Source of the DNA: Macrostomum lignano
Taxonomy: Eukaryota
DNA: 28,848 nucleotides
Direction: 5' to 3'
Assembly (NCBI GenBank): GCA_002269645.1
Contig: NIVC01003136.1
Span: 69,891 to 98,738 of the forward strand
Of the stretch, positions 1 through 10,438 are shown in pieces (position 1 is the stretch's first letter; the number at the start of each line of letters is the position of its first letter). A program made the position numbers and the translations under genes. The notes under the pieces are model-generated. The model was not told the DNA's origin, ran no database searches, and saw only the letters and a list, made by a program, of their open reading frames with translations.

Positions 1-1888
1 CGAGGCTGCTGTTGTGCTCCGCCATCGTGCGCCGAACACGACCACGTCGTCGTGGATCCATTTGACGTTGGGCAGGCCTGCCAGCACTCGACTCATCACA
101 TTCTGCAGGATCTCCTGGGAGGTGGACAAGCCCATGCACAGCCGGGTGAGACGGCGAAGCCCGCGAGGCGTCGAGAATGTTAGCAGGTTGCGGCATTTCT
201 CGGCGACAGGCACCTGTAGAACGCCTTCGCGATGTCCAGCTCTGAGAACACAGTGCTGCCAGCCATGTCCCCGGTCACCTCCTCGAAAGTCGGAATCTGG
301 TGTCGCTCGCGGATGACAAAGCGGTTGACATCGCGGAGGTCCTGCGTGATGCGCACCTCGCCCGGCTCCTTCTTGGGCACGACGACCATCCGCGCGACCC
401 ACGACGCCGGGCCGTCGACGGGCTCAATGATCCCGAGCTGCTCTAACAGCTGCAGTTCCTTGTCCACCGCATCTGCCAGTGGATCGGCACCTTCGAAGGC
501 GCATGGCAGACCGGGCGGGCGCTGTCGTGAGGTGGATGTCGGCAGGCGGCCCGGTGAAGCAGCCGATTCCGCTGAACACGCTGGCGTGCTTGCGCAGCAC
601 CCTGCCGATGTCCTCGACGTGTCCTTGAGGCACTCCGCTGGATCTCGTGCCGCTGAGAAGGCCATCGACCGCCGCCTCCGCTCCAGCGACCTGCAGCACC
701 TGCTGTCCGGCTGTCGGTGGTGGCCCGACCCGCAGGATGTCCATCTGAGTGGCCGTCTGCCTGCCGATGATGGTGATGCCTCTCCCTTTGACGACGTGGA
801 ACGTGGCGACTGCCTGCCGGCCGAAAATGCGGACGTCCATCGCCGCCTTGCCCAGCAACTGCATCGGCCGGTCCGACCCGTACGCGAACAGCCTGTCCGA
901 GGTGGTCTGCAGGTGCGGCCGCTGTCTCAGACTCTCGAACGTAGCCCGGTTGATCACATTTTGAGCCGCGCCGCTGTCGATCAACACCGACAGTCTGGAG
1001 CCGTTGATCTCGGCTATTGTGTGGGCCGACTGCTCACCCTGATCGACCTCGAACACGCCGGAGTCCGGGTCGTCCACCTTCTGGTAGCTGGTTTCGCCTT
1101 GCAGAGTTGCGACGGCGTCGGCGCCGCTCTGCGGGGCGCCCTGCTTGGACCTGCAGGCTCGCGCGAAGTGGCCCGGCTTCCCGCACTTTCTGCAGCTCTT
1201 GCCCTGCGCTGCGGTGCACGTGGGGTGCCCTGGCCTGCCGCAGCGATCGCACGATACGTGCTGCGTTGGTGTCTGCGGCATCTGTGGCTTCTGGTCTCTT
1301 CTGACTGCTGCGAGCTGCTGCGGTTCTCCTGGTCTGTCGCTCTCCATTGCGGTGGCCTGCTGCTCCGCGGCTTCTTTCGCCCTCGCCTTTTTGAGCACAT
1401 CTGCCAGGGAGATGTTGTTGGTCTGCAAGAAGTCTCTCCTGAGTCTCTCAGACTCGCAGTAGGCGATGATTTTGTCAGGGATCAGTGAGTCTCTGAGGGT
1501 GCCAAACTCACACGGCTCCGCCGCCTTGCGCAGACGCTGATACCACTGGTCGATCGGCTCGCCAGGCTGCTGTCTGCAGGTCTCAAACTTGAAACGCAGG
1601 AACACAATGTTATTCTTTCCGTCCCAGAACGTCTGGATGTTTTTCGCGAGGCTGCTGTGGTCCTCTCCAGAGGCGATTTCGTTCTCTTCGACAACAGCCT
1701 GCAGCTCCTCTCCTGCGGCGTACCGCAGCAGCTGATGCCCTCGAGTCTTGTCGGTGATTCCAGCTGCATTGATGTACGCTCGTACGTGCGAAGCGACGAG
1801 TCCATGCAGTCCAGCGCTGTGCTGTGGAGTGGCAATCGCTATCGATTGTAAACGGCCCAGGTGGCGCGAGTGAAATTTGCTGAGTCAT
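1..1888 (-). CDS. Gag-Pol polyprotein (gag, zinc knuckles, aspartic protease, RT N-half), broken by about five 1-bp frameshifts (~1785, ~528, ~481, ~216, ~29)
   Basis: ATG at 1888; FETCRQQPGEPIDQWYQRLRKAAEPCEF; CDRCGRPGHPTC and CRKCGKPGHFARAC; VLIDSGA; WVARMVVVPKK...VRITQDLRDVN; FSELDIAKAFY; frame-corrected FSTPRGLRRLTRLCMGL and WIHDDVVVFG. Confidence 0.9.
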
Positions 1889-1907
1889 GATTTTTAAAGG
1901 TTCAGTT

Positions 1908-1919
1908 CTTGCGACGCCA
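1908..1919 (-). promoter_or_regulatory. Primer-binding site of the Gypsy element
   Basis: Minus strand TGGCGTCGCAAG starts 1 nt after the LTR end ...ACTACA; TGG is complementary to tRNA CCA; tRNA identity not established. Confidence 0.75.
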
Positions 1920-1920
1920 T

Positions 1921-2093
1921 TGTAGTAACTGAGTCAGAGGCCGTGTTTGCTGTGTAGCCAAACTCTTACAAATCTCGCCGCGCTGGGCACGCGTCTATAT
2001 ATTTTGGAGTTAGAATTGGGGTGGCGGCACCCACCCCACTCCGCAGCCAATCAGACTGCTCGGGCGTACCATACTGTGCATACGCACACTACA
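1921..2093 (-). mobile_element. 5' LTR, 173 bp
   Basis: Perfect 6-bp inverted termini TGTAGT/ACTACA; internal ATTGG (CCAAT box) and TATATA at ~1996-2001. Confidence 0.88.
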
Positions 2094-2600
2094 GGGAGAT
2101 GGGTGTGAGAGATGGGTGGGGGGATGGGTGTGGGAGATGGATGTGGGGAGATGAGAGTGGGGAAGATTGGTGTGGAGAGATACGAGGTGTGTGGAGATGG
2201 ATTTGGGGATATGGGTGTGGGGAGATGGATGTGGGGAGATGGGTGTGGGAGATGGGTGTTGGAGATGGGTGTGGGGATATGGGTGTGGGGATATGGGTTT
2301 GGGGATATGGGTGTGGGGAGATGGATTTGGGGATATGGGTGTGGGGAGATGGATGTGAGGAGATGGGTTTGGGGAGATGGGTGTGGGAGATGGGTGTCGG
2401 AAGATGGGTGTGGGAGATGGGTGTGGGAGAAGGGTGTGGGAGATGGGTGTGGGAGATGGGTGTCGGAAGATGGGTGTGGGAGATGGGTGTCGGAAGATGG
2501 GTGTGGGAGATGGGTGTCGGAAGATGGGTGTGGGAGATGGGTGTCGGAAGATGGGTGTGGGAGATGGGTGTCGGAAGATGGGTGTGGGAGATGGGTGTGG
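2094..2600. repeat. G-rich minisatellite GATGGGTGTGGGA (13-14 bp, 27-bp higher-order unit at its 3' end) in the ENaC intron
   Basis: Direct reading of tandem units. Confidence 0.95.
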
Positions 2601-2628
2601 CAGCTGAATTTCTCACCTGACTCCCCAG

Positions 2629-3422
2629 ATCGACCGCAAGCGCGCCGCCCTGCCCAACTGCCTTGACGTGCGGCAGCCGAACTTCCTGGTCAGCAGCGCC
2701 TGCTACCTCGCACTGAAGAAATTCGTGGCGCAGCGGGCGGACACCAGCGGCTGCCGCAGCCAGTGCGAGCAGCGAGCCTACTCCATCCAGGTGACCGGGA
2801 CCAAGTGGCCCCTGCAGAGCAACATCCAGTCCATGGTGAAGATGATGATCAAGTCCAGGCTGGCGGAGCTGGAGGCCGAGTACGGCCGGCCGATGTACGG
2901 CCTGCGCTACATCCAGCAGGTTGACGCGCTGCTGCAGGAGGCCCAGCTGCCAACGCCAGCTCCGGGGCGGCCGCGCTGATGAAGCCCTTCAACCATTCGG
3001 TGTTCGACAGCGTCCAGATGGACATGAACTCCACGCAGCTCAGCCTGCTGAACAAGCTCAGCAGCATCGTCACCTCGAACTTCGTGAAGCTGCAGGTGCG
3101 CGCGGACTCAAACACGGTGCAGTCAATCATCGAGACGCACAAGTACGCTCTGAGCAACGTCATGAGCGAGATCGGAGGTCTGCTCGGCCTGTACCTGGGC
3201 TGGAGCGCCATGACCTTCGTGGAGCTGCTGCATCTGCTGCATCTCATGTGCCGCTTCGTCTCCTACAGGCTGGCCGGCCGCGCCGGCAGGGCGGCTGGCG
3301 GACCGGCGCCCGACCGAGCCGCGGAGGAGGCGCTCGAAGTGCCGAGTGTCTCCGGCTCGCTGAAGCCGGTGCGCGTGCACCCGGCGGGTGGGGACAGCGG
3401 GGAGAGCAGAATGGCCTGGTAG
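2629..3422 (+). CDS. DEG/ENaC (amiloride-sensitive Na+ channel/ASIC-like) terminal coding exon, copy 1, with a 1-bp C-run deletion at ~2942
   Basis: ctccccag|ATC acceptor; CRSQCEQRAY; NFVKLQV; YALSNVMSEIGGLLGLYLGWSAMTFVEL (TM2 signature). Confidence 0.88.
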
Positions 3423-3452
3423 GTGGGAGATCCGGGATCGGAAAGAAATTCG

Positions 3453-4247
3453 GGATCTGACAGTCTGGGAGCGGGATTTGGGATCTGACAGTCTGGGAGC
3501 GGGATTTGGGATCTGAGTCTAGAAGCGGGATTTGTGATCTGACAGCATAGGATCTGGAATTGGAATCTGACAGTCTGGGAGCGGCATCCGGGATCTGAGA
3601 GTCTGGGAGCGGGATCCACGATCTGACAGTCTGGGAGCGGGATCCAGGATCTGACAGTCTGGGAGCGGGATCCAGGATCTGACAGTCTGGGAGCGGGATC
3701 CGGGATCTGAGAGTCTGGGAGCGGGATCCAGGATCTGACAGTCTGGGAGCGGGATCCAGGATCTGACAGTCTGGGAGCGGGATCCAGAATCTGACAGTCT
3801 GGGAGCGGGATCCAGGATCTGACAGTCTGGGAGCGGGATCCGGGATCTGACAGTCTGGGAGCGGGATCCAGGATCTGACAGTCTGGGAGCGGGATCCAGG
3901 ATCTGACAGTCTGGGAGCGGGATCCAGGATCTGACAGTCTGGGAGCGGGATCCAGGATCTGACAGTCTGGGAGCGGGATCCAGGATCTGACAGTCTGGGA
4001 GCGGGATCCAGGATCTGACAGTCTGGGAGCGGGATCCAGGATCTGACAGTCTGGGAGCGGGATCCAGGATCTGACAGTCTGGGAGCGGGATCCGGGATCT
4101 GACAGTCTGGGAGCGGGATCCAGGATCTGATATTCTGGGAGCGGGATCCAGGATCTGACAGTCTGGGAGCGGGATCCAGAATCTGACAGTCTGGGAGCGG
4201 GATCCGGGATCTGAGAGTCTGGGAGCGGGATCCGGGATCTGACAGTC
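3453..4247. repeat. 28-bp minisatellite GGATCTGACAGTCTGGGAGCGGGATCCA, ~28 units, just 3' of the ENaC stop
   Basis: Direct reading; 28-aa periodicity in overlapping ORFs. Confidence 0.95.
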
Positions 4248-4629
4248 GGACAGGATTGCCACCACACTGCACAATACAATTCAAAGAAACAACGCTTACA
4301 AACTCCCAATGCCCAGAATAGAATGTATTATTCAGTTGCAATGCCTGACACTCGCACACGATATTTCCAGATTTACATGTACCACTACTGTAACTACATG
4401 TAGTAGCACAAAAGTATTGCTAAAATCTTGCACCCGTAAAGCACGCACACAAGTTCGCTGGCACACCCTGATACTGCGATGGCTGGAAAGCGATTACTTG
4501 GCAATCGTGACCCTATCGACTCAATAAGATTAATAATAATTTTCTGCACTGAAGATCCTGCATTAAGCAGAGTATTTTTTGACTTCTAAATTTCGATCTC
4601 TGTGGACTCATGCACAGTCAGCAGCAATA

Positions 4630-4635
4630 TTTATT
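4630..4635 (-). terminator. Candidate Smad4 copy 1 polyadenylation signal AATAAA
   Basis: TTTATT on + strand ~680 nt past the stop. Confidence 0.35.
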
Positions 4636-4992
4636 TTTAGATAGAACAGGACACAGACGGTTAAATATAGCATTTTATGCATAAATAATATGTACTAATT
4701 ATATTTACTAATATACGAGTCAGCAAACTACACCAACAGGCGGAAAAAAATTGCACACAGAGAATCTCCTGAGAACGGCTAAGAAATCAGAAAAAATTTG
4801 TCGATAAAAGCGGCATAGATGGCAGTTGACTGACTACAGGCAGGCTGTACAAGTTGTGTGTTGCTCAAAATTGCTAACACATATGACAAGCAACTACTGA
4901 GTGAGTAGTACAGCTGGCGTTTATATACACAAAAACAGCTGTACAATAAGGAGAGAATGACGACGTAATACTCGCTTGATGCAAGCTTCAGC

Positions 4993-5308
4993 CCTGACAA
5001 TGTGAGAGTCAGCTGACCCACCAGCCTGACAATGCCAGAATCAGCTGACCCACCAGCCTGACAATGCGAGAGTCAGCTGACCCACCAGCCTGACAATGCG
5101 AGAGTCAGCTGACCCACCAGCCTGACAATGCGAGAGTCAGCTGACCCACCAGCCTGACAATGCGAGAGTCAGCTGACCCACCTGCCTGACATTGTGAGAG
5201 TCAGCTGACCCACCAGCCTGACAATGCGAGAGTCAGCTGACCAACCAGCCTGACAATGCGAGAGTCAGCTGACCCACCTGCCTGACAATGCGAGAGTCAG
5301 CTGACCCA
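4993..5308. repeat. 32-bp minisatellite GAGAGTCAGCTGACCCACCAGCCTGACAATGC, ~10 units, abutting the Smad4 stop
   Basis: Direct reading. Confidence 0.95.
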
Positions 5309-5629
5309 TCAGGAGTCGCTGACGGGCAGACTCTGCAGCAGGTCATCCAGCAGCTTGAGCGGCAGGTGCAGCTGCACTTCAATCCAGCAGGGCGCCTCCC
5401 GGATAGTCTTGCGCGGGTAGTCGGGCCCCCAGCCCTTCACGAAGCTCAGACGCAGCTGGCACAGCCGCCGGCGAAGCTCGTCAACAGCGGCGCCCTGACG
5501 ACGCGGCCCGGCCGGCAGCGAAGTGAAGGACGAAGAGGTGCTGGATGCCGCGGCGGTGGCCAGGGAGGCGCGGTGGGCCTGGAGAGCCTGGGTGCGCATC
5601 TCCGAGTAGCACTGGCGGATGTCGAAAAC
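5309..5629 (-). CDS. SMAD4: SMAD4 copy 1 last exon (MH2 C-half)
   Basis: cccgtcag|GTTTTCGAC; VFDIRQC...CWIEVQLHLPLKLLDDLL...SDS*. Confidence 0.92.
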   Translation of the reverse strand, partial: VFDIRQCYSEMRTQALQAHRASLATAAASSTSSSFTSLPAGPRRQGAAVDELRRRLCQLRLSFVKGWGPDYPRKTIREAPCWIEVQLHLPLKLLDDLLQSLPVSDS

Positions 5630-5695
5630 CTGACGGGGTGTCGGGACCACAGGTGGGCGCGCGTAAACTGCGCGTTCGAGCATCAACTGGCTGGA

Positions 5696-6735
5696 ACCAC
5701 ACAGTACACATGCACCAATACCACACAGTACACATGCACTAAAACCACACAGTACACATGCACCAAAACCACACAGTACACATGCACCAAAACCACACAG
5801 TACATATGCACCAAAACCACACAGTACACATGCATCAAAACCACACAGTACACATGCACCAAAACCACACAGTACACATGCACTAAAACCACACAGTACT
5901 CATGCACTAAAACCACACAGTACTCATGCACCAAAACCACACAGTACACATGCACCAAAACCACACAGTACACATGCACCAAAACCACACAGTACACATG
6001 CACCAAAACCACACAGTACACATGCACTAAAACCACACAGTACACATGCACCAAAACCACACAGTACACATGCACTAAAACCACACAGTACTCATGCACT
6101 AAAACCACACAGTACTCATGCACCAAAACCACACAGTACACATTCACTCATACCATACAGTACACATGCACCAATACCACACAGTACACATGCACTAAAA
6201 CCACACAGTACTCATGCACTAAAACCACACAGTACTCATGCACCAAAACCACACAGTACACATTCACTCATACCATACAGTACACATGCACCAATACCAC
6301 ACAGTACACATGCACTAAAGCCACAGAGTACACATGTGTAGTGAGTTGCAAGTGTACTTGTATGCGCCAGTCGCTACAGCGGGGTGGGGGTTGCTATTGT
6401 ACAGCATGTACGTGATTTCCACCCACCCCTGTCTCTATCTTTTATACCCAGTTATGTAACAATCGTTGTATCGTATTTAATCTGCGTATCGATCTAATAA
6501 ACGCTAAGAGGCTTCGTCAACTCTCAGTCGTATCTCTCTGCCTTAGTCTACACATGCACTAAAACCACATAGTACACATGCACTAAAACCACACAGTACA
6601 CATGCACTAAAACCACACAGTACACATGCACTAAAACCACACAGTACACATGCACTGAAACCACACAGTACACATGCACTAAAACCACACAGTACACATG
6701 CACTAAAACCACACAGTACACATGCACTAAAAAAA
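5696..6735. repeat. 24-bp minisatellite ACCACACAGTACACATGCACYAAA, split by a solo LTR (blocks 5696-6336 and 6553-6735)
   Basis: TTQYTCTK peptide periodicity. Confidence 0.95.
6337..6552 (+). mobile_element. Solo LTR, 216 bp, in the last Smad4 intron
   Basis: TGTAG...CTACA inverted termini; 4-bp CATG target-site duplication (6333-6336 and 6553-6556); AATAAA at 6496. Confidence 0.8.
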
Positions 6736-6780
6736 CCATGCGCTTCAGTTCGCAACTTTTATTGGTCAACCAGCGCCAAC

Positions 6781-7085
6781 CTTGATGTAAGTCCCAGGAT
6801 AAATCTTGTGCACCAGATCGCCAGACGCTCACCCGGCCTCCCGGTCCAGGAAGGCGGTGCTGACGAACACGGCATGGTCGGAGAGAACCCGCAGCCAGAC
6901 GTCTCCGTCGCCAACCAGGCTCAGTTGGACGCCTTTGCCGATGTGCAGCCGGGCGCGCTCGCCACGTCGCTGCGGTGCACGTTGCTGAGCTGGCCGAGGC
7001 AGAACCGGTGGCTGGAGGACGGGTCCGTGTAGCCGTCAATGGTGACCGTGACCTGCTGGTAGGGCGCCTTGAAGGTGTCGCCGAT
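6781..7085 (-). CDS. SMAD4: SMAD4 copy 1 MH2 exon containing the in-frame TGA
   Basis: ccttcag|ATCGGCGAC ... TACATCAAG|gttggc; IGDTFK...[22 protein letters not shown]. Confidence 0.9.
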
Positions 7086-7149
7086 CTGAAGGGCGTGATT
7101 CGCCGACAATTTGAGAACGTTCGATGAAATCTCCGTGCTATGTAAAGAT

Positions 7150-7610
7150 GGGGATTTCCCATGGGGTGTGTGTACACAGGGGGAGGGGATTTCCCATGGG
7201 GTGTGTGTACACAGGGGGAGGGGATTTCCCATGGGGTGTGTGTACACAGGGGAGGGGATTTCCCATGGGGTCTGTGTACACTGGGGAGGGGATTTCCCAT
7301 GGGGTGTGTGTACACAGGGGGAGGGGATTTCCCATGGGGTGTGTGTACACTGGGGGAGGGGATTTCCCATGGGGTGTGTGTACACAGGGGGAGGGGATTT
7401 CCCATGGGGTGTGTGTACACTGGGGGAGGGGATTTCCCATGGGGTGTGTGTACACAGGGGGATGGGGATTTCCCATGGGGTGTGTGAACACAAGTGGGAG
7501 GGGATTTCCCATGGGGTGTGTGTACACAAGGGGGAGCTGGAGGGATTTCCCATGGGGTGTGTACACAAGAGGGAGGGATTTCCCATGGGGTGTATACACA
7601 AGAGGGAGGG
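7150..7610. repeat. 35-bp minisatellite GGGATTTCCCATGGGGTGTGTGTACACAGGGGGAG, ~13 units
   Basis: Direct reading. Confidence 0.95.
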
Positions 7611-7679
7611 TAGTTCCGAAATGTTGAGGGCTTTCTACTTTCAGATCTATTTCCAATTTAAAGTAAACAATGGTCATAC

Positions 7680-8066
7680 CCGCTCCGTCTGCTCATAGTA
7701 GGAGATGCTGCACCAGAACAGCAGCTGCTGCTGCGGTATCGGCGGCAGCGCCGTCTGCTTCGGCACCGCGGCTGCCCCGGCCGACTGTTGCTGCGGCATC
7801 AGCAGCGGCGGCAGCGGCGGCGAAATTCCCTCGATGCCGCCGTGATCGTCCGTGGGCCCGGAGTCCTCGTCCAGGCTGAGCGACGACAGCTCCAGGCCGG
7901 TGCAGGCGATGCGCTCGTAGTGGTGCGGGTTCACGCAGACCGCGTCCTGCTTCAGGTCGAAGGCGAACTGGCACTGGCGGGTGTGCCGCAGCTCGTTCTT
8001 GTGCAGGTCCGGCCAGCGCCAGATGCGCGCGTACACCACGTGGGGAAAGCCTTTGCGGCCAGCCAC
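7680..8066 (-). CDS. SMAD4: SMAD4 copy 1 exon: MH1 C-half, linker, MH2 start
   Basis: cccccag|GTGGCTGGC ... GAGCGG|gtatga; 387 nt, phase 0/0. Confidence 0.92.
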
Positions 8067-8097
8067 CTGGGGGGAGAGGGGTGGCGATTGAGGGATG

Positions 8098-8123
8098 GAC
8101 AGACAGTCGGACAGACAGACAGT

Positions 8124-8165
<42 letters not shown>

Positions 8166-8168
8166 GGC

Positions 8169-8204
<36 letters not shown>
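8098..8204. repeat. (GACA)n microsatellite filling most of a 138-bp Smad4 intron
   Basis: Direct reading. Confidence 0.97.
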
Positions 8205-8524
8205 CTGCAGCCGGCCGTCTAGAGTCCTGGGATGGTGACGCAGATGCCGGGCTGGGCGCCGTTGCTGGTCACCGCCAGGATCAGCGCGTCCAGCTCGTCG
8301 CGCTTGTCCTTGAGCTTTTTCACCAGCGACTCGACCGCCTTCCGGCTGAAGCTCTCGGAATCCGGGCCGCCCTGCCGGTGGCACATCAGCGAGTGCACGA
8401 TGGACAGGCAGGCATCCGATGACGTCACCGGCGACGCGACGCCAACGGCGGAGAATGGAGAGGTCGCGGCGCTGGCAGCTGGGGCCAGGGACAGCAGCGG
8501 CTGCTGCTGCTGCTGACTGGGAAT
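8205..8524 (-). CDS. SMAD4: SMAD4 copy 1 exon: MH1 N-half (5' boundary inferred)
   Basis: ccttctcctcaactgcag|ATT acceptor; CTGCAG|gtctgt donor. Confidence 0.8.
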
Positions 8525-8611
8525 CTGCAGTTGAGGAGAAGGCGGGCATTTCGGCTGCCTATAGAGGTCTGAAGGATGTCTTTCGAACCATTTGTATGAG
8601 CTTACAGAGCC

Positions 8612-9077
8612 GAGGAGCTGGGAAGGCAGTGGCCCAGCAACTGAGGATTTGGAAGGGTGGCCCAGCAACTGAGGATCTGGGAGAGCAGTGGCCCAGCAAC
8701 TGAGGATCAGGGAGAGTAGGGCCCAGCAACTGAGGATCAGGGAGAGTAGTGGTCCAGCAACTGAGGATCAGGGAGAGTAGTGGCCCAGCACCTGAGGAGC
8801 TGGAAGAGTAGTGGCCCAGCACCTGACGAGCTGGGAGAGTAGTGGCCCAGCAACTGAGGATCAGGAAGAGTAGTGGCCCAGCACCTGAGGATCAGGGAGA
8901 GTAGTGACCCAGCAACTGAGGATCAGGGAGAGCAGTGGCCCAGCAACTGAGGATCTGGGAAAGCAGTGGCCCAGCAACTGAGGATTCGGAGAGTGGCCCA
9001 GCAACTGAGGATCAGAGAGAGTAGTAGTGGCCCAGCAACTGAGGAGCTGGGAGAGTGGTGGCCCAGCCTGAGGATCT
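8612..9077. repeat. ~31-bp minisatellite GTGGCCCAGCAACTGAGGATCAGGGAGAGTA, ~15 units
   Basis: Direct reading. Confidence 0.95.
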
Positions 9078-9490
9078 GCAGGCCTTAGCAGAAAATGGAC
9101 CCCAAAATTGTTTAGAAATCAGAAAGTCCGAGCGGGATAAAATCAAACACGAGAAAAGCGCATTTATTTTTGTTTTAGCCAGCTTGACGCATTGAGGGGA
9201 GACAATTAAGACGGTGCATTTAACAGAATGCTAAGCTAACTAAAAACTTACAGAAATGTCAGCGGTTCAGCAGTGCAAGTGCACTTGGAATTTTAATTGT
9301 AGGGCACAGTGGCGGAGAGTGCTATTGAATATTGTGAGTATAGTGAAGCAGAAGGACCAGTTAGCATTTCAGCATTGAATAATCTTTCAAATATAAGCAC
9401 ACTGCTTTCGAAGAAACTCATTTGATGTGACTGCGCTTAAAAACTTTTTTAAAGCCCCATTTGTCATGTACATTGCGATGAGGTTTTTTT

Positions 9491-9726
9491 TGGGCCGTAT
9501 GTACACTAGGGGGTAGGGGTTTTGTTAGGCCGTGTGTACACTAGGGGGTAGGCGTTTTGTTGGGCCGTGTGTACACTAGGGGGTAGGGGTTTTGTTGAGC
9601 CATATGTACACTAGGGGGTAGGGGTTTTGTTAGGCCGTGTGTACACTAGGGGTAGGCGTTTTGTTGGGCCGTGTGTACACTAGGGGGTAGGCGTTTTGTT
9701 GGGCCGTATGTAATAGGGGGTAGGGT
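9491..9726. repeat. 35-bp minisatellite GGCCGTGTGTACACTAGGGGGTAGGGGTTTTGTTA, ~6.5 units
   Basis: Direct reading. Confidence 0.93.
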
Positions 9727-10107
9727 TCATGATAATTAAGGCGTTTCTCTCTGCCACTAAGGCTGCTGTGGAATTTTTAATTTAAGTTTCATCACGGAAA
9801 GGCATCAAAGCTACATTTAGTGAAGGAAAGTACGTCATGCATTTATAATAGTGCATACAAGTTGAATTGCAGACAGTACAAAAGAGGGAGAGGTGCAGCA
9901 CAGCTAAACGGGGGTTACGCCGACTGCAAGCTGAAAAAAGAGGGTAATAAAAAATTAACAAACTTAATAAATAAAAAAACAGTTTAGAGAACAAAAGGCA
10001 CGGATCAGGGTTTAACTAGCAGGGCATGTGATTTATTATGTAGTCACAAACTCGAGAACCGCAAAGGAATGCTCGAATACATAAAAAAGACATTGAAAAA
10101 AACTGAC

Positions 10108-10155
10108 TGGCCCTGTCACAGGTGGCCGAGCAGGTGACAGACACTCCAGGGCCAT
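10108..10155 (-). CDS. Candidate Smad4 copy 1 first coding exon (MALECLSPARPPVTGP)
   Basis: GC-rich island in AT-rich DNA; ATG plus 16 codons, then a phase-0 GTCAGT donor compatible with the phase-0 acceptor at 8524; no homology support. Confidence 0.3.
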
Positions 10156-10280
10156 CGGACGGAGTAAAATTTACAATTTTTTAATTACAAAAACGAGGTG
10201 CAACAATGTGCACTGGATAAATTTGCTCCATCAAAATAGGGAGCAGTGATGATTAGTAAATATGGATACGAGGCGATTAA

Positions 10281-10329
10281 GTATATTAGTATATTAGTAT
10301 ATTAGTTTATTAGTATATAAGTATATTAG
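10281..10329. repeat. Duplication junction: six tandem copies of GTATATTA (two variant)
   Basis: The equivalent site at 18094-18101 has one copy. Confidence 0.9.
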
Positions 10330-10438
10330 GAAGATGGGTGTGGGAGATGGGTGTCGGAAGATGGGTGTGGGAGATGGGTGTCGGAAGATGGGTGTGGGAG
10401 ATGGGTGTGGCAGCTGAATTTCTCACCTGACTCCCCAG

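Larger units (their letters stand above)
1..2093 (-). mobile_element. Ty3/Gypsy LTR retrotransposon, 5' half (LTR-PBS-gag-PR-RT); continues off the left edge; probably Mag-like
   Basis: TGTAGT...ACTACA LTR, adjacent TGG-starting PBS, two Cys/His knuckles, protease DSG motif, Gypsy-type RT motifs. Confidence 0.93.
5309..8524 (-). pseudogene. SMAD4: SMAD4 (co-Smad) copy 1; exons 8524-8205, 8066-7680, 7085-6781, 5629-5309; premature TGA at 6831-6829; two apparent 1-bp errors (~8228, ~6961)
   Basis: [17 protein letters not shown]; RTLDGRLQ|[26 protein letters not shown]; [12 protein letters not shown]; RLSFVKGWGPDYPR; GT-AG introns. Confidence 0.85.
2520..10290. repeat. Tandem segmental duplication, unit 1 (~7.77 kb)
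   Basis: Matches 10330-18103 at offsets of 7810-7815; ORF track repeats at about +7811. Confidence 0.97.

Noticed and set aside
232-1488. 418-aa + strand ORF; likewise 23346-24179 and other overlapping ORFs
   Set aside because: Antisense or alternative-frame shadows of GC-rich coding sequence (gag-pol, PCM1, Smad4), with no recognisable motifs
2942-2979. Frameshift-truncated ENaC copy 1 as a real pseudo-exon
   Set aside because: It differs from copy 2 by one base in a C run, matching the window-wide error pattern
3244-4359. Long ORFs of 250-375 aa over the arrays (also 2021-2666, 5288-6415, 6548-7698, 20680-21672, 21736-22511 and their duplicates)
   Set aside because: They are translations of stop-free tandem units, open in several frames at once, and lie in introns or UTRs
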